Source: Erysipelotrichaceae bacterium
Lineage (GTDB): Bacteria > Bacillota_I > Bacilli_A > RFN20 > CAG-826
DNA: 64,000 nt
Direction of reading: 5' to 3'
NCBI GenBank assembly: GCA_012837435.1
Contig: DURD01000007.1
Span: 11,445-75,444 of the forward strand
Part shown: positions 1 through 10,957 of the stretch, in pieces
Numbering within the stretch: the stretch's first letter is position 1
How the letters are laid out: the number at the start of each line of letters is the position of its first letter
Notes under the pieces: generated by a model
Told to the model about the DNA's origin: nothing
Database searches by the model: none
The model's input: the letters and a program-made list of their open reading frames with translations, nothing else
Program-made: the position numbers and the translations under genes

Positions 1-885
1 GTTTAAAACAGCGCTTTTACCAGAGGCTATTTTTCCAACAATAGCAATCTTTAAGGGAGCAACATTTTTCTTTTGACAAGAAGGACAATAAGTTGTTCCT
101 CGACCATTTACCTTGATAAAACGTAAAATTCTGTGACATGAAACACACTTTTTACCTTTTTGACCGTAAACTCTCAACTTGTTTTGAAAATTGCCAGAAA
201 TCCCTTTTCCTGATTCATAACTTTTTACTGTCGATCCTCCAGCGGCGATAGCTTGCTTTAAAACCGTTTTGGTATTTTTAACGATTAATTCCCATTCGTT
301 TTTACTAATATTTCTTGTGGGGGTTAAAGGATGAATCTTACTTAAAAATAAAACTTCATCAGCGTAGATATTGCCTAAACCAACAAATAGTTTTTGACTT
401 AGTAGGGCGGTCTTAATCGGCACATTGACTTTTTGACTTTTTTCTAATAGGAAATCCACATTAGTAATCTCAAAAGGTTCGGGACCTAATTTGGCCAATT
501 CTTTAATTTTTAAATAATTATGGTCGTAAGCCATAAACATTTTGCCAAAGCAACGCGAGTCGTCATAACACAGTTTTTTATTGTTATCTAAATGAAACGC
601 TACGCGACAATATTTACTATCAGCTTCATTTTCTGCTAGTTCGTAGTATTTACCTTCCATTCCTAAATGAGAAACTAAAATTTTATGATCGCTTAAATGA
701 AAAATTAAATATTTTCCTCGTCTAGAAATATTTAGGAACTTAGCATTATTCATGAATTCTTTGAATTCATTTTCTAAATTTTTAACAATGCTTTTTCTAA
801 AAACTTCTACCTTTAAAACTCTCCGATCTTTGACAATCGGTAAAAGGGTATTTTTAATTGTTTCAACTTCTGGTAATTCTGGCAT
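1..885 (-). CDS. mutM: Formamidopyrimidine-DNA glycosylase (Fpg/MutM) continuing in frame into a dephospho-CoA kinase-like domain; runs off the window edge
   Basis: Manual translation from ATG 885: MPELPEVETI..., SHLGMEGK, GLGNIYADEVLF, zinc finger CVSC...RGTTYCPSCQ, then no stop and KKNVAPLKIAIVGKIASGKSAVLN (CoaE-type P-loop). Confidence 0.92.
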   Translation of the reverse strand, partial: MPELPEVETIKNTLLPIVKDRRVLKVEVFRKSIVKNLENEFKEFMNNAKFLNISRRGKYLIFHLSDHKILVSHLGMEGKYYELAENEADSKYCRVAFHLDNNKKLCYDDSRCFGKMFMAYDHNYLKIKELAKLGPEPFEITNVDFLLEKSQKVNVPIKTALLSQKLFVGLGNIYADEVLFLSKIHPLTPTRNISKNEWELIVKNTKTVLKQAIAAGGSTVKSYESGKGISGNFQNKLRVYGQKGKKCVSCHRILRFIKVNGRGTTYCPSCQKKNVAPLKIAIVGKIASGKSAVLN

Positions 886-887
886 AT

Positions 888-3485
888 TTACATAGTGCTA
901 TACCAATCTAAACCAAATCCTCCACTGACTTCAAGAGGAATGTCTAAATCTAAAGCATTTTCCATAATATCTTTAATGAGCTTATAAACTTGTTCTTTTT
1001 CCTCTTTGGGAACACGGAAGATTAATTCATCATGAATTTGTAAAATCATTTGCGTTTGATATTTTCCCTCTTTTAAAGCCTGATTTATCTTGATCATCGC
1101 TAATTTTATTAAATCGGCAGCAGTTCCTTGTACAGGAGCGTTCATCGCCGCTCTTTTCGCCGCTTCTCTTTTTTGATAGTTACTATCATTTAATTCTCTT
1201 AAATATCTTCTTCTTCCTAATAAAGTCGAGACATAACCATTTTTTAAAGCGTCATTAACGACATTAGTAAAAAAGGTCGCAACTTCCGGAAATGATTTAT
1301 AAAAAGAGTTGATAATTTTTTTAGCTTCCTTTGGTGGTATTTCAAGTTGTTCCGCTAATCCCCAGTCTGAGATGCCATAAATCACACCAAAATTCACCGT
1401 TTTAGCTCGACTTCTTTGTAGAGGAGTGGGGGGTTGGTGAAGGTTAAAAATCTTAATCGCGGTTTCCGCGTGAATATCTTTTTTTGAGAGGAATATATCT
1501 TTTAAGGATGGGCAATTTGATAAGGAGGCTAATACTCGTAATTCAATTTGCGAATAGTCTAAAGATAATATTTCATAAGTGTGGTTAGGATAATAGAAAG
1601 CTTTTCTAATAGTTCTACCTTCCTCGTCTCTAATTGATATATTTTGCAAATTCGGTTCCGAAGAAGATAGCCTACCAGTGGTAGTCAGAGCTTGATTAAA
1701 TTTTGCGTGAATTTTTCCATCGTCATGAATTTGACTTTTTAATCCTTCAACATAAGTGGTCAATAATTTAAAATACTTGCGATATTCTAATATTTTATCA
1801 ACTATTGGGTGCTCGTCTTTAATTTCCTTTAAAGAATCGCTCGATGTCGATAGTTTTTTATTGCTCGATAAACCCAATTTATTGTATAAAATATTTCCGA
1901 TTTGTTTAGGGGAGGCTAAATTAAATCTCTCGCCCACTAGATTGTAGATTTCTTCAGAGATTTCATCGATTTTCGCTTGATAAATTTCACCGAATTCTTC
2001 TAGCATTTTTTTATCGACGGGAAAACCCTCTATTTCCATATCTGCGAGGGTATCAACTAAGGGAATTTCTAATTCATTAAAAAGTTTATAAGCGGATATT
2101 TTTTCTAATTCTTCTTGAACTTTTTTGGCTAATATTAAGGAATAATAGGCAATTTTGCCAGTTCTATCACTGGCTTCGTTACCGAATAAGGATAACGTTT
2201 CCGGTTGCTTTCCTAAATCGACTCCAAAAATATTCATCACGGCTTCTACGTTGTTTTTAATCGAGGAATCGAGTAGATAGGAAGCAATTAGTAAATCGAA
2301 TTTTAAACCCGCGATTTCAATCTCGTTTTTCTTTAAGGCCACTTTGATGGCTTTATAGTCATAACAATATTTATGGACATTCCTATCTTTCAATATGTCT
2401 AGAGCTTTTTGATCCTTTTTTAAGTCTTCAAAAGATAGATAGTAAGTATTTTCTCCGTTAGAAAAAGCCATGCCGTATAGTAAACCCAATGTATAATTGT
2501 CGTCGCTATAATCAAGAGAAATTCCTACTTTATCTTTACATACAAAATCTTTTAAAGATGTGACAGTTTCAACGGAAACAGTAACGTCAGACAAATCAGT
2601 TTTTTTCCATTTTTGGACGATTTTTGACATGAATTGTTTTAAACCATAAGTTTGCGCAAAAGCACTGATAGTTTTAAATTCATAACCTCGATAAATTGTA
2701 TCTTTAATGGAGAAAGGTAGAGATATATCAGTTTTAATTATCGATAGGTCTCTGGATAGTTTGCCTATATCCTGATGCTCTTTTAAAGCTTCGCCCACTT
2801 TGCCATCGATTTCATCAGCGTGAGCGATAATATTATCAAATGAACCATATTCTTTAATTAATTTTACCGCGGTAACTTTACCGATTCCTTTTATACCAGG
2901 TAGGTTGTCACTACTATCGCCTCTCAGCCCTTTATAATCGACGATTTGAACTGGAGAAATTCCGTAGGTTTCTTCAACGAGTTCGGGGGTCATAGTCACT
3001 ACATCAGACAATCCTCTTTTGATGAGATTAACTGATATATCATCGTCCACTAATTGTAAAAAATCTCGATCAGAAGTATAGATTGTGACTTCATAGCCTT
3101 CTTTTTGCGCTAATTTAGCGACGGTTCCAGCGATGTCATCCCCCTCAAAACCTTCTTGCTCATAGATATAAATACCTAAAGATTTCAAAAATTCTCTAGC
3201 GATGGGAAATTGTGTTACTAAATCTTCGGGTGTGGGTTTGCGATTAATTTTATATGTTTCTAATTGCTCGTTTCTGAAAGTTTGTTTTCCCGCATCAAAA
3301 GCGACGATGATACCTTCATCCTCTTTGACGTCGTTTAGTATTCGGTTGATCATATTGGAAAATGCAAAGATAGCGTTAGTTGGAACGCCTTCTTGATTTC
3401 TCATAATTTCCATTCCCGGATAAGCGGTGGCATAATACGCTCTAAATAGCAGAGAATTTCCATCAATAATTGTTATTTTTGCCAT
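888..3485 (-). CDS. polA: DNA polymerase I
   Basis: IIDGNSLLFRAYYA 5'-3' exonuclease start, TGRLSSSEPNLQNI, DYSQIELR, QIHDEL. Start moved to ATG 3485, just after the dnaE stop. Confidence 0.97.
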   Translation of the reverse strand: MAKITIIDGNSLLFRAYYATAYPGMEIMRNQEGVPTNAIFAFSNMINRILNDVKEDEGIIVAFDAGKQTFRNEQLETYKINRKPTPEDLVTQFPIAREFLKSLGIYIYEQEGFEGDDIAGTVAKLAQKEGYEVTIYTSDRDFLQLVDDDISVNLIKRGLSDVVTMTPELVEETYGISPVQIVDYKGLRGDSSDNLPGIKGIGKVTAVKLIKEYGSFDNIIAHADEIDGKVGEALKEHQDIGKLSRDLSIIKTDISLPFSIKDTIYRGYEFKTISAFAQTYGLKQFMSKIVQKWKKTDLSDVTVSVETVTSLKDFVCKDKVGISLDYSDDNYTLGLLYGMAFSNGENTYYLSFEDLKKDQKALDILKDRNVHKYCYDYKAIKVALKKNEIEIAGLKFDLLIASYLLDSSIKNNVEAVMNIFGVDLGKQPETLSLFGNEASDRTGKIAYYSLILAKKVQEELEKISAYKLFNELEIPLVDTLADMEIEGFPVDKKMLEEFGEIYQAKIDEISEEIYNLVGERFNLASPKQIGNILYNKLGLSSNKKLSTSSDSLKEIKDEHPIVDKILEYRKYFKLLTTYVEGLKSQIHDDGKIHAKFNQALTTTGRLSSSEPNLQNISIRDEEGRTIRKAFYYPNHTYEILSLDYSQIELRVLASLSNCPSLKDIFLSKKDIHAETAIKIFNLHQPPTPLQRSRAKTVNFGVIYGISDWGLAEQLEIPPKEAKKIINSFYKSFPEVATFFTNVVNDALKNGYVSTLLGRRRYLRELNDSNYQKREAAKRAAMNAPVQGTAADLIKLAMIKINQALKEGKYQTQMILQIHDELIFRVPKEEKEQVYKLIKDIMENALDLDIPLEVSGGFGLDWYSTM

Positions 3486-3486
3486 T

Positions 3487-6400
3487 TTATTCATCCTCCA
3501 ATGGGTAAATGTTGTCAGCAATGTAGCTATAGTCATCTTGGCGTTTTTTGCGTTTAATGTCGCAAACAACAAGGTTGTTTTTTTCTACTAAATCTAAAAC
3601 ATTAGCATAAGTATCAGGAAAAACTGTAATTTCAATTTCATCAGTTTCATCGAGAAGTTTAACAAAGGCCATGGTCGACCCCTTTTTGGTATTTATCTTT
3701 TTAACATCTTTAATTAAACCCGCAATTTTAGCTTCAAATAGATATTTAGCTTCAACGATGGGAATGACGTTTTTCTCAGCTAAGATTTCTTTTTTATAAT
3801 ATAGTGGATTATTTGAAATCATCATCCCTAAAACTTCATATTCTCTATTTAGATTTTCGATAGGATCATCTTTTTGCTCGATAGTGTAAGGAGTGATAAA
3901 GGCCGAGAAGCCAATATTTAATTGACCATCTTCTTTATAGGTTAATTCGGCGAATTGAAGAGCGCTCTTTACTGTCGCTCTCAGCGAGGCTCTCGAAGGA
4001 TTAAAAGAGTCAAAACAACCAGCATCTATCAGTCGAACAATTTGTTCATCATTAATTTTTAAATTATACATTCGAGAGACAAAATCAAAGAAATCCGTGA
4101 ATGGCTTTTCTTTTCTTTCATTTATTATGTTATCCACTAATAAGTTATTAATGCCTTTTATACCGCTGAGTGGGAAGAGCAATCCATTTTCATAGACTAA
4201 AAAAGTTTTCGTCGAAGCGTTGATGTTAGGAGCAATAATTTTAATGTTCCTTTTTTTCATTTCGCTGACATATTCACTAAATTTAGTATCGGATGTTCCG
4301 CTGGCGGTCTCCAAAATAGCGGCGTAAAATTCTAGGGGATAATGAAGTTTTAAAAACGCTGTTCGACAAGTGATGATTGCGTAGACAGCGGGATGGGATT
4401 TATTAAAACCGTAACCCGCAAATTTTTTGATATTGTTAAATACTTTTCTAGCCACGGTTTCCGAATGGCCATTTTTAATTGAACCTTCGATAAAGGCTTT
4501 TTCGTTCGCGCTGATTATTCCCGCATCTTTTTTGGTAATAGCTCTTCTAAACAAATCAGCTTCCGCCATAGAAAATCCCGCCATCACTCGAGCGATTTCA
4601 TTGACTTGTTCTTGATAGACAATAATGCCATATGTCGGTTTTAAAATCTTTTCTAAACATGGATCATCATAAGTAATTTTTTCTTTTCCTTCTTTTCTTT
4701 TTCCGTAGGAAGGAATCGAATCCATCGGTCCGGGACGATATAAAGCTAGCAAAGCAATAATATCATCAAAGCAACTAGGTTTAAGAACGCTAATCGCTCT
4801 TTTTATACCGGAACTTTCCAGTTGAAAGATGCCCAGTGTTTGCCCAGAAGCAATGAATTCATAAACTTCTTTTTCATCGTAGGGAATATTAAATTTATCA
4901 ATAATGGGTATTTTCTTTCCATCGTTTATTAAATCCACACAATAAGAAATAGTGGTTAAATTTCTCAAGGCTAAAAAGTCAATTTTTAAAAAGCCTTGAT
5001 CTTCTAAATAGTTTAATTCGTATTGCGAAATATAGTTGTTAGAAAAGTCTATCGATAAAGGCAAAACTTCTTCTAACGGACCATGATTTAATATGACCCC
5101 AGCGGGATGTAAACCATTTTGTCTTATCAGTCCCTCGATTTTGCTTGCCAAAGACACAATTTGTAAAAAATATTCATCGCTATCCACTAATTTTTTAAAT
5201 TCTGGTATTTGTCGATAAGCTTGTCTTAAAGATAGTTTTGGATTTGATAGTCTTTTAGATAATAAATCGATATGATGAGTCGGAAAATTATATACTCTAC
5301 CGATATCTCTCAAGGCTTGTTTCGCTTGAATCGTTTGATAAGTGACAATATTGGCCACTCGAGAATTTCCGTACTTTTCTCTAACATATTCCACGACATC
5401 GTTACGTTTAATATCCATAAAATCCACATCGATATCGGGCATAGTTTGTCGATGAGGATTTAAAAATCTTTCAAATTGTAAATCTTCTTTAATCGGATCA
5501 ATTTCAGTTATATTAAGCAAGTAAGAAACTAAACTTCCCGCGGCGCTGCCTCTACCTGGTCCCACTAAAATATCGTTATTTTTAGCGTAAGAAACAAAAT
5601 CGTGAACGATTAAAAAATAATCGGCATATCCTAGATTAATAATTGTTTCTAATTCGTAATCTAATCTTTTTTGATAGATTTCAGTGGTTTCTAATCCCTT
5701 ATCCTTTAAAGATTCTCGGCACATTGTTTTTAAAGTCTTACTGGCATCATCAACGGGATAGTGGAGCATTTCCCCTCTTTTTTGATGAAAAGAAAAGGAA
5801 GTCGCCTCAACAATTTCTCTAGTATTTCTAATTTCTTTTGGCGTGTAAATTTTTTGATAATTATTAAAGGACATAAAATAGTCTTGTCCTTTTTCTTTTT
5901 TAATCGTGATTTCTTCTTCAGTGGCGATAGCTTCTACAATCGATAAAACAATCGCGTCATCGGTTTTTAAATATCTAATTTTTGGAAAAGCCACACAATT
6001 ATAAGGATGGTTGCTGACGAAATTTCTTATTTCATTAGCATAGCTAACTTCTTCTTTACTAGTGACCGATATCCCTAGATAAAAGTTACTTTTAAATAAC
6101 ACATCGTAATCGAATAACAAGCGATTAAGCTGTTCTCGATCTTCTTTAAAAAGAGTTTTGAATTTATCGTTAGAAGTCTCGATAACCCCTATCAAGCCCT
6201 CGCTATATTTTTTTAATAATTGGATGTCGAGAGATTGACTGCTTAAAGCGGTAGCAAGTTTCATCAAATGACGATAACCCGTTTCGTTTTTGACATACAA
6301 ACACAAAACATCATCGTTTAGTTCGACTTCCATACCAATGACGTAGGGACGATTTAATTCTTCTGCGGTTTTAATAAAGGCTGGCACCCCGTACATCACT

Positions 6401-6528
6401 CCGATATCGCATAGACCTAGACCGTAATAATCGTTTTTATAAACGCCAAGTTTGATTCTTTCCATAGTAAGACCGCTCTTTAAAAAAGAGTAATCAGAAA
6501 TGATGCGTAAAGGGACAAAATCGTTCAT
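3487..6528 (-). CDS. dnaE: DNA polymerase III alpha subunit (DnaE type)
   Basis: GPGRGSAAGSLV, FERFLNP, MPDIDVDF, GYGFNKSH, C-terminal OB fold. Start at 6528 or 6546. Confidence 0.96.
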   Translation of the reverse strand: MNDFVPLRIISDYSFLKSGLTMERIKLGVYKNDYYGLGLCDIGVMYGVPAFIKTAEELNRPYVIGMEVELNDDVLCLYVKNETGYRHLMKLATALSSQSLDIQLLKKYSEGLIGVIETSNDKFKTLFKEDREQLNRLLFDYDVLFKSNFYLGISVTSKEEVSYANEIRNFVSNHPYNCVAFPKIRYLKTDDAIVLSIVEAIATEEEITIKKEKGQDYFMSFNNYQKIYTPKEIRNTREIVEATSFSFHQKRGEMLHYPVDDASKTLKTMCRESLKDKGLETTEIYQKRLDYELETIINLGYADYFLIVHDFVSYAKNNDILVGPGRGSAAGSLVSYLLNITEIDPIKEDLQFERFLNPHRQTMPDIDVDFMDIKRNDVVEYVREKYGNSRVANIVTYQTIQAKQALRDIGRVYNFPTHHIDLLSKRLSNPKLSLRQAYRQIPEFKKLVDSDEYFLQIVSLASKIEGLIRQNGLHPAGVILNHGPLEEVLPLSIDFSNNYISQYELNYLEDQGFLKIDFLALRNLTTISYCVDLINDGKKIPIIDKFNIPYDEKEVYEFIASGQTLGIFQLESSGIKRAISVLKPSCFDDIIALLALYRPGPMDSIPSYGKRKEGKEKITYDDPCLEKILKPTYGIIVYQEQVNEIARVMAGFSMAEADLFRRAITKKDAGIISANEKAFIEGSIKNGHSETVARKVFNNIKKFAGYGFNKSHPAVYAIITCRTAFLKLHYPLEFYAAILETASGTSDTKFSEYVSEMKKRNIKIIAPNINASTKTFLVYENGLLFPLSGIKGINNLLVDNIINERKEKPFTDFFDFVSRMYNLKINDEQIVRLIDAGCFDSFNPSRASLRATVKSALQFAELTYKEDGQLNIGFSAFITPYTIEQKDDPIENLNREYEVLGMMISNNPLYYKKEILAEKNVIPIVEAKYLFEAKIAGLIKDVKKINTKKGSTMAFVKLLDETDEIEITVFPDTYANVLDLVEKNNLVVCDIKRKKRQDDYSYIADNIYPLEDE

Positions 6529-6576
6529 AGTTCTAATATAGCGCATTTAAGGCTTAAATTAAATTTTTTAGTACCT

Positions 6577-7572
6577 TTATTCGGTAAATAATGCCTCTAA
6601 TTCCCCGATAAATTTATCTAATTCACTAATATTGTTTAAACGAGCGCCACTCGCTAGGGCATGGCCTCCACCTCCCCATCTAGCGGCTAATTCGTTAATT
6701 GGTTTTTCTTTACTGCGAAGAGAAATCCGCCAGCAATTGTCTTTAATATCTTCGGTTATCGAGCACCATGCCTCAATGCCTTCGATATTAGAAAATAGGT
6801 TAACATTTTCTTTGCCACGTTCCGTAGTTATATTTAATTCTTTTAACACTTTATCCGGTAAAAGATAATAAGCCACTCCATTTTTTGTGGTTTTAAAATT
6901 ATCAATAATATAGCCCATAATCTTCAAATCATCAATTTGTCTTAAGTACATCGTTTGATAAATTTCTGTAATATCAATACCGATTTCTAATAAGTAAGCG
7001 GCTGTGATAAAAGTGACTTGAGAAGTTGAGGAATATTGAAATCTTCCAGAATCACCAGCGATCGCGGAGTATAGATAAGAAGCAGCTTTCTTGCTTAAAA
7101 CATAATGACCTTTTAAGGATAGAAGCATGTTGGTAATCATTTCAGCCGTCGCACAAGCCTTTACATTAACGATAGAAATATCTCCAAATTTTTCTATTTC
7201 AGGGTGATGATCAATTTTAATGATAAATTCAGCATTTTTATAACGAGGATCAGAAATTCTTGCGAGGTTAGCGACATCTAAAATAATCGCTAGAAATGGC
7301 GTTTTAAACCAATCTTCATCTATCTTGTCAGTTTTAGGATAAACGCGATTTGTATAGGTGACGTGATTGTCTCCTAAAACACACACATCTTTATTTGGAA
7401 AATTATCTTTCAGCCAAGTGGCTAAACCAAATTGAGAACCCAGAGCATCGTAATCCGGCGTGGCGTGACGAAAAACTGCAATGCGGTCATAATTCTTTAC
7501 CGCTTTTAAAAATCTCGAGATATCTTTTTTAAAAGGGGCTAAATATTCGATAATTTTCTTATCTAATTTCAT
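6577..7572 (-). CDS. nrnA: DHH/DHHA1 oligoribonuclease / pAp phosphatase
   Basis: HATPDYDALGS, IDHH, GDSGRF, GGGGHALASG; upstream of dnaE as in Bacilli. Confidence 0.88.
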   Translation of the reverse strand: MKLDKKIIEYLAPFKKDISRFLKAVKNYDRIAVFRHATPDYDALGSQFGLATWLKDNFPNKDVCVLGDNHVTYTNRVYPKTDKIDEDWFKTPFLAIILDVANLARISDPRYKNAEFIIKIDHHPEIEKFGDISIVNVKACATAEMITNMLLSLKGHYVLSKKAASYLYSAIAGDSGRFQYSSTSQVTFITAAYLLEIGIDITEIYQTMYLRQIDDLKIMGYIIDNFKTTKNGVAYYLLPDKVLKELNITTERGKENVNLFSNIEGIEAWCSITEDIKDNCWRISLRSKEKPINELAARWGGGGHALASGARLNNISELDKFIGELEALFTE

Positions 7573-7575
7573 CTA

Positions 7576-8775
7576 TTACTTTCCTTTAATACACATGGCA
7601 TAACAATCACGAGCAATCATGACTTCTTCATCAGTGGGAATGATCACCACTTTGATTTTGCTTTCCGGTAGAGAGAGAACCACTTCTTTACCGCGAGCTG
7701 TGGAGTTGATTTTTTCATCGATTTTAACGCCGAGAGCTTCTTCTAATAAATGGCAGACTCTACGTCGTATTCTCGGTTCGTTTTCTCCGATACCCGCAGA
7801 AAAAATTAATAAATCACATCCGCCTAATCTCACGAAATATTGACCGATAAAATCAGCGATACGGCGACAGAATATCTGCACCGCTAGGAGGGCTCGTTCA
7901 TTGCCGTTTTCTGCCGCGGCTAAAACATCTCGCGTGTCATTTGAAACACCAGAGACCCCTAAAAAACCTGATTTCTTATTGAACATTTGGTAAACTTCTT
8001 CCGCGGATTTTCCGGTTACTGAAACGACGTGATTAAAAACGCTAGGGTCCATATCGCCAGTTCTCGTCCCCATCATCACGCCCCCTAAAGGAGTTAAGCC
8101 CATGGATGTGGCGACGCATTTGCCGTCCTTAATCGCAGTGATAGAAGAGCCAGAACCAATATGACAAGAAATAATACGGGGATGTTTGACACCTTTTAGA
8201 TATTTCAAGCCTTCAAGCGACAAATATTGATGGCTAGTGCCGTGCGCCCCATATCTTCTAATATCATATTTTTTACTCAGTTCATAGGGGATAGGGAAAG
8301 TATAATCCGCTGGTTCCATTGTCTGATGGAAAGCGGTATCGAAGGTGGCAATTGCCGGACAATTGGGCAAGGCTTCTTTAAAAGCTCTATAACAAGTCAA
8401 ATGGGCAGCATTATGGAGTAAAGCTAGAGGAATTAAAGATTCGATTTTCTTTTCGGTATCTTCGTTAAAGAAGGCGGAAGAAGAAAAATATTTTCCTCCC
8501 TGAACAATTCTATGACCGATGGCTTTGATTTCATTAAAATCTTGTATAACACCCTTTTCAATCAGACTTTGAACGACTAACTTAGCCGCTACTCCATGAT
8601 TAGGAAAAACGGGATAAGTTACATCGCTATTTCCGTTATATTTAATTGTAAAGATGCCATCTGGCAAACCAATTCTTTCACAGTTTCCAGAGCAAAGCAC
8701 CTTTTCTTCAGGCATATCATATACTTTAAATTTCAATGATGAACTACCAGAATTTATCGTCATTACTATTGGCAT
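7576..8775 (-). CDS. ackA: Acetate kinase
   Basis: INSGSSSLK, FDTAFH, RYGAHGTSH, TSMGLTPL, GIGEN, PTDEE. Confidence 0.96.
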   Translation of the reverse strand: MPIVMTINSGSSSLKFKVYDMPEEKVLCSGNCERIGLPDGIFTIKYNGNSDVTYPVFPNHGVAAKLVVQSLIEKGVIQDFNEIKAIGHRIVQGGKYFSSSAFFNEDTEKKIESLIPLALLHNAAHLTCYRAFKEALPNCPAIATFDTAFHQTMEPADYTFPIPYELSKKYDIRRYGAHGTSHQYLSLEGLKYLKGVKHPRIISCHIGSGSSITAIKDGKCVATSMGLTPLGGVMMGTRTGDMDPSVFNHVVSVTGKSAEEVYQMFNKKSGFLGVSGVSNDTRDVLAAAENGNERALLAVQIFCRRIADFIGQYFVRLGGCDLLIFSAGIGENEPRIRRRVCHLLEEALGVKIDEKINSTARGKEVVLSLPESKIKVVIIPTDEEVMIARDCYAMCIKGK

Positions 8776-9106
8776 AATAATAAATCCTCTCTATCTATGT
8801 TTATTCAATAAACATTAAAATATTATGTCATATTAGAGATGTTGTTTCAATTAATTGTTCGATGGGCACGCTATACACTGCGATAAAATATTGAATAAAA
8901 GAATAATTAAAGAGATGGCAATGAGAGCGACAAGCGAATAATCAAAATAGGTAATAGGTTAATTATAAAATAGAGATGTCAGTTTTATTCTCGTTTAATA
9001 GGAATAAATATGAGGATACTAAAAACCATTTCTTCCATCAAAAAATATAAATCTTATTTATTTATTCTGTTTTTTAATTATAATTAAAGCATTGGAGGTT
9101 TTCATT

Positions 9107-10939
9107 ATGGCATTTAAAATATTAGACGAATACCTCAACGGACAGTGTATCGAAGCACATAATTATTTTGGAGCTCATTTCTCCACAAAAGATGGACAGT
9201 CGATTGTTACTTTTCGACTTTACGCTCCTAGTGCCGAAGATGTTTCGGTCATTGGTGAATGGAACAACTGGGATGTCACCAAAGACAAAATGCATAAAAT
9301 TCATGGGGCAGGTGTCTGGGAAATTTCTATCCCTAATCTCCATAACTACCAATGTTACAAATACCATTTTAAAAATGCAAAAGGCGAATATGTTGACAAA
9401 ATTGACCCTTTTGCTTTTTATTCGGAATTAAGGCCAGGAACTTGCTCGCGTTTATTTAATAACCATGATTTCGCTTGGCACGATGATGAATGGCTTAGGA
9501 ATCGCACGAGAAATTTTGATTCGCCGATGTCCATTTATGAAATGCATCTCGGTTCATGGAAAGGAAAAGGTGATGATGGACGCACTCTTTCTTACGAAGA
9601 AATTGCTGATTATCTTATTCCTTATATTAAAGAGCATGGTTTCACCCATGTGGAATTTATGCCTTTAGTCCAATATCCTTTCGATGGTTCGTGGGGTTAT
9701 CAAGCAACCGGATTCTTTTCCATCGATTCAAGATATGGTAACCCTTTCCAATTGATGTCGTTAATCGATCGATTGCATCAAAATGGTATCGGGGCAATTA
9801 TCGATTTCGTTCCCGTCCATTTTGCTAGAGACAGTTGGGGTCTTGTCGAATATGATGGCACCTGTTTATACGAGTACAGTGATGATCGGAAAATGTCTCA
9901 GTGGGGCAGTCTTCAATTTGACCTCGGTAAAGACCCTGTCAGAAGTTTTTTGATGAGTGCGATGAACTATTTGGTGGATTATTTCCATTTTGATGGTATC
10001 CGCGTCGATGCGGTCAGCAACATCATCTATCACAATGGCAATAAAAATCACGGTGTCAATGAAGGTGGTTTGGAATTTATCAAGCGCCTAACTAGTAAAA
10101 TCCATATCGCTCACCACTCGGTTATGATGTTTGCCGAGGATTCTACAGCTTTTCCTGGAACCACTAAAGATACGCAGTATGGAGGCCTAGGTTTCGATTA
10201 CAAATGGGACCTCGGTTGGATGAACGATACGCTCAAATACTACTCTAAAGATCCCATCTACAAAAAATGGGAACATTACAATATTACCTTTAGCATGGCA
10301 TATTTTTTCAGCGAAAACTTTATGCTTCCTTTATCTCACGATGAAGTCGTGCATGGTAAAGGGACCATTATCAATAAAATGTGGGGTAATTATTACGAAA
10401 AATTCGCTCTAGTGCGCAATCTATATACCTATCAATTTTCTCATCCTGGTAAAAAACTAAATTTCATGGGAAATGAATTAGCGTCTTTCGATGAATGGGA
10501 TGAGAGCAAATCACTGCCTTGGATTTTGAAAAAATATCCCGCTCATGATAGTATTTCTCGTTTGGTGCGTGACTTAAATCTCATCTACCGCCACGAAAAA
10601 GCTATGTATTTTGAAGAGCATAATCCCGCTCATTTTAGTTGGTTGATGGTCGACAATGCCAATGAAAGCATTTATGCTTTTTCGAGAAAAGTCGACAAAG
10701 ATACTTTGATTTTTGTATTTAATATGACTGGCAATTATTATGAGTCCTACGCTATTCCCATTCTTGAAAGCGGTACCTATGAAGAAATCTTCAATTCCGA
10801 TAAAGACGTTTATGGGGGCAGCAATCAATATAATGGGTTACCAATTAATAGCGAACTCGGAAGCTTTGAAGGTTTACCCGCTCATCTGAATATCAAACTC
10901 GCCTCTTTTGGGGCTTGTATATTTAAGAAAATAAAATAA
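9107..10939 (+). CDS. glgB: 1,4-alpha-glucan branching enzyme (GH13)
   Basis: IYEMHLGSW, SWGYQ, DGIRVDAV, LPLSHDEVVHGK; SD GGAGGT before ATG 9107. Confidence 0.96.
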   Translation: MAFKILDEYLNGQCIEAHNYFGAHFSTKDGQSIVTFRLYAPSAEDVSVIGEWNNWDVTKDKMHKIHGAGVWEISIPNLHNYQCYKYHFKNAKGEYVDKIDPFAFYSELRPGTCSRLFNNHDFAWHDDEWLRNRTRNFDSPMSIYEMHLGSWKGKGDDGRTLSYEEIADYLIPYIKEHGFTHVEFMPLVQYPFDGSWGYQATGFFSIDSRYGNPFQLMSLIDRLHQNGIGAIIDFVPVHFARDSWGLVEYDGTCLYEYSDDRKMSQWGSLQFDLGKDPVRSFLMSAMNYLVDYFHFDGIRVDAVSNIIYHNGNKNHGVNEGGLEFIKRLTSKIHIAHHSVMMFAEDSTAFPGTTKDTQYGGLGFDYKWDLGWMNDTLKYYSKDPIYKKWEHYNITFSMAYFFSENFMLPLSHDEVVHGKGTIINKMWGNYYEKFALVRNLYTYQFSHPGKKLNFMGNELASFDEWDESKSLPWILKKYPAHDSISRLVRDLNLIYRHEKAMYFEEHNPAHFSWLMVDNANESIYAFSRKVDKDTLIFVFNMTGNYYESYAIPILESGTYEEIFNSDKDVYGGSNQYNGLPINSELGSFEGLPAHLNIKLASFGACIFKKIK

Positions 10940-10957
10940 GAAACAAGGAGATAACTA

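Noticed and set aside
3486..3572. N-terminal extension of PolA in the ORF track
   Set aside because: It overlaps the dnaE 3' end; PolA homology starts at ATG 3485.
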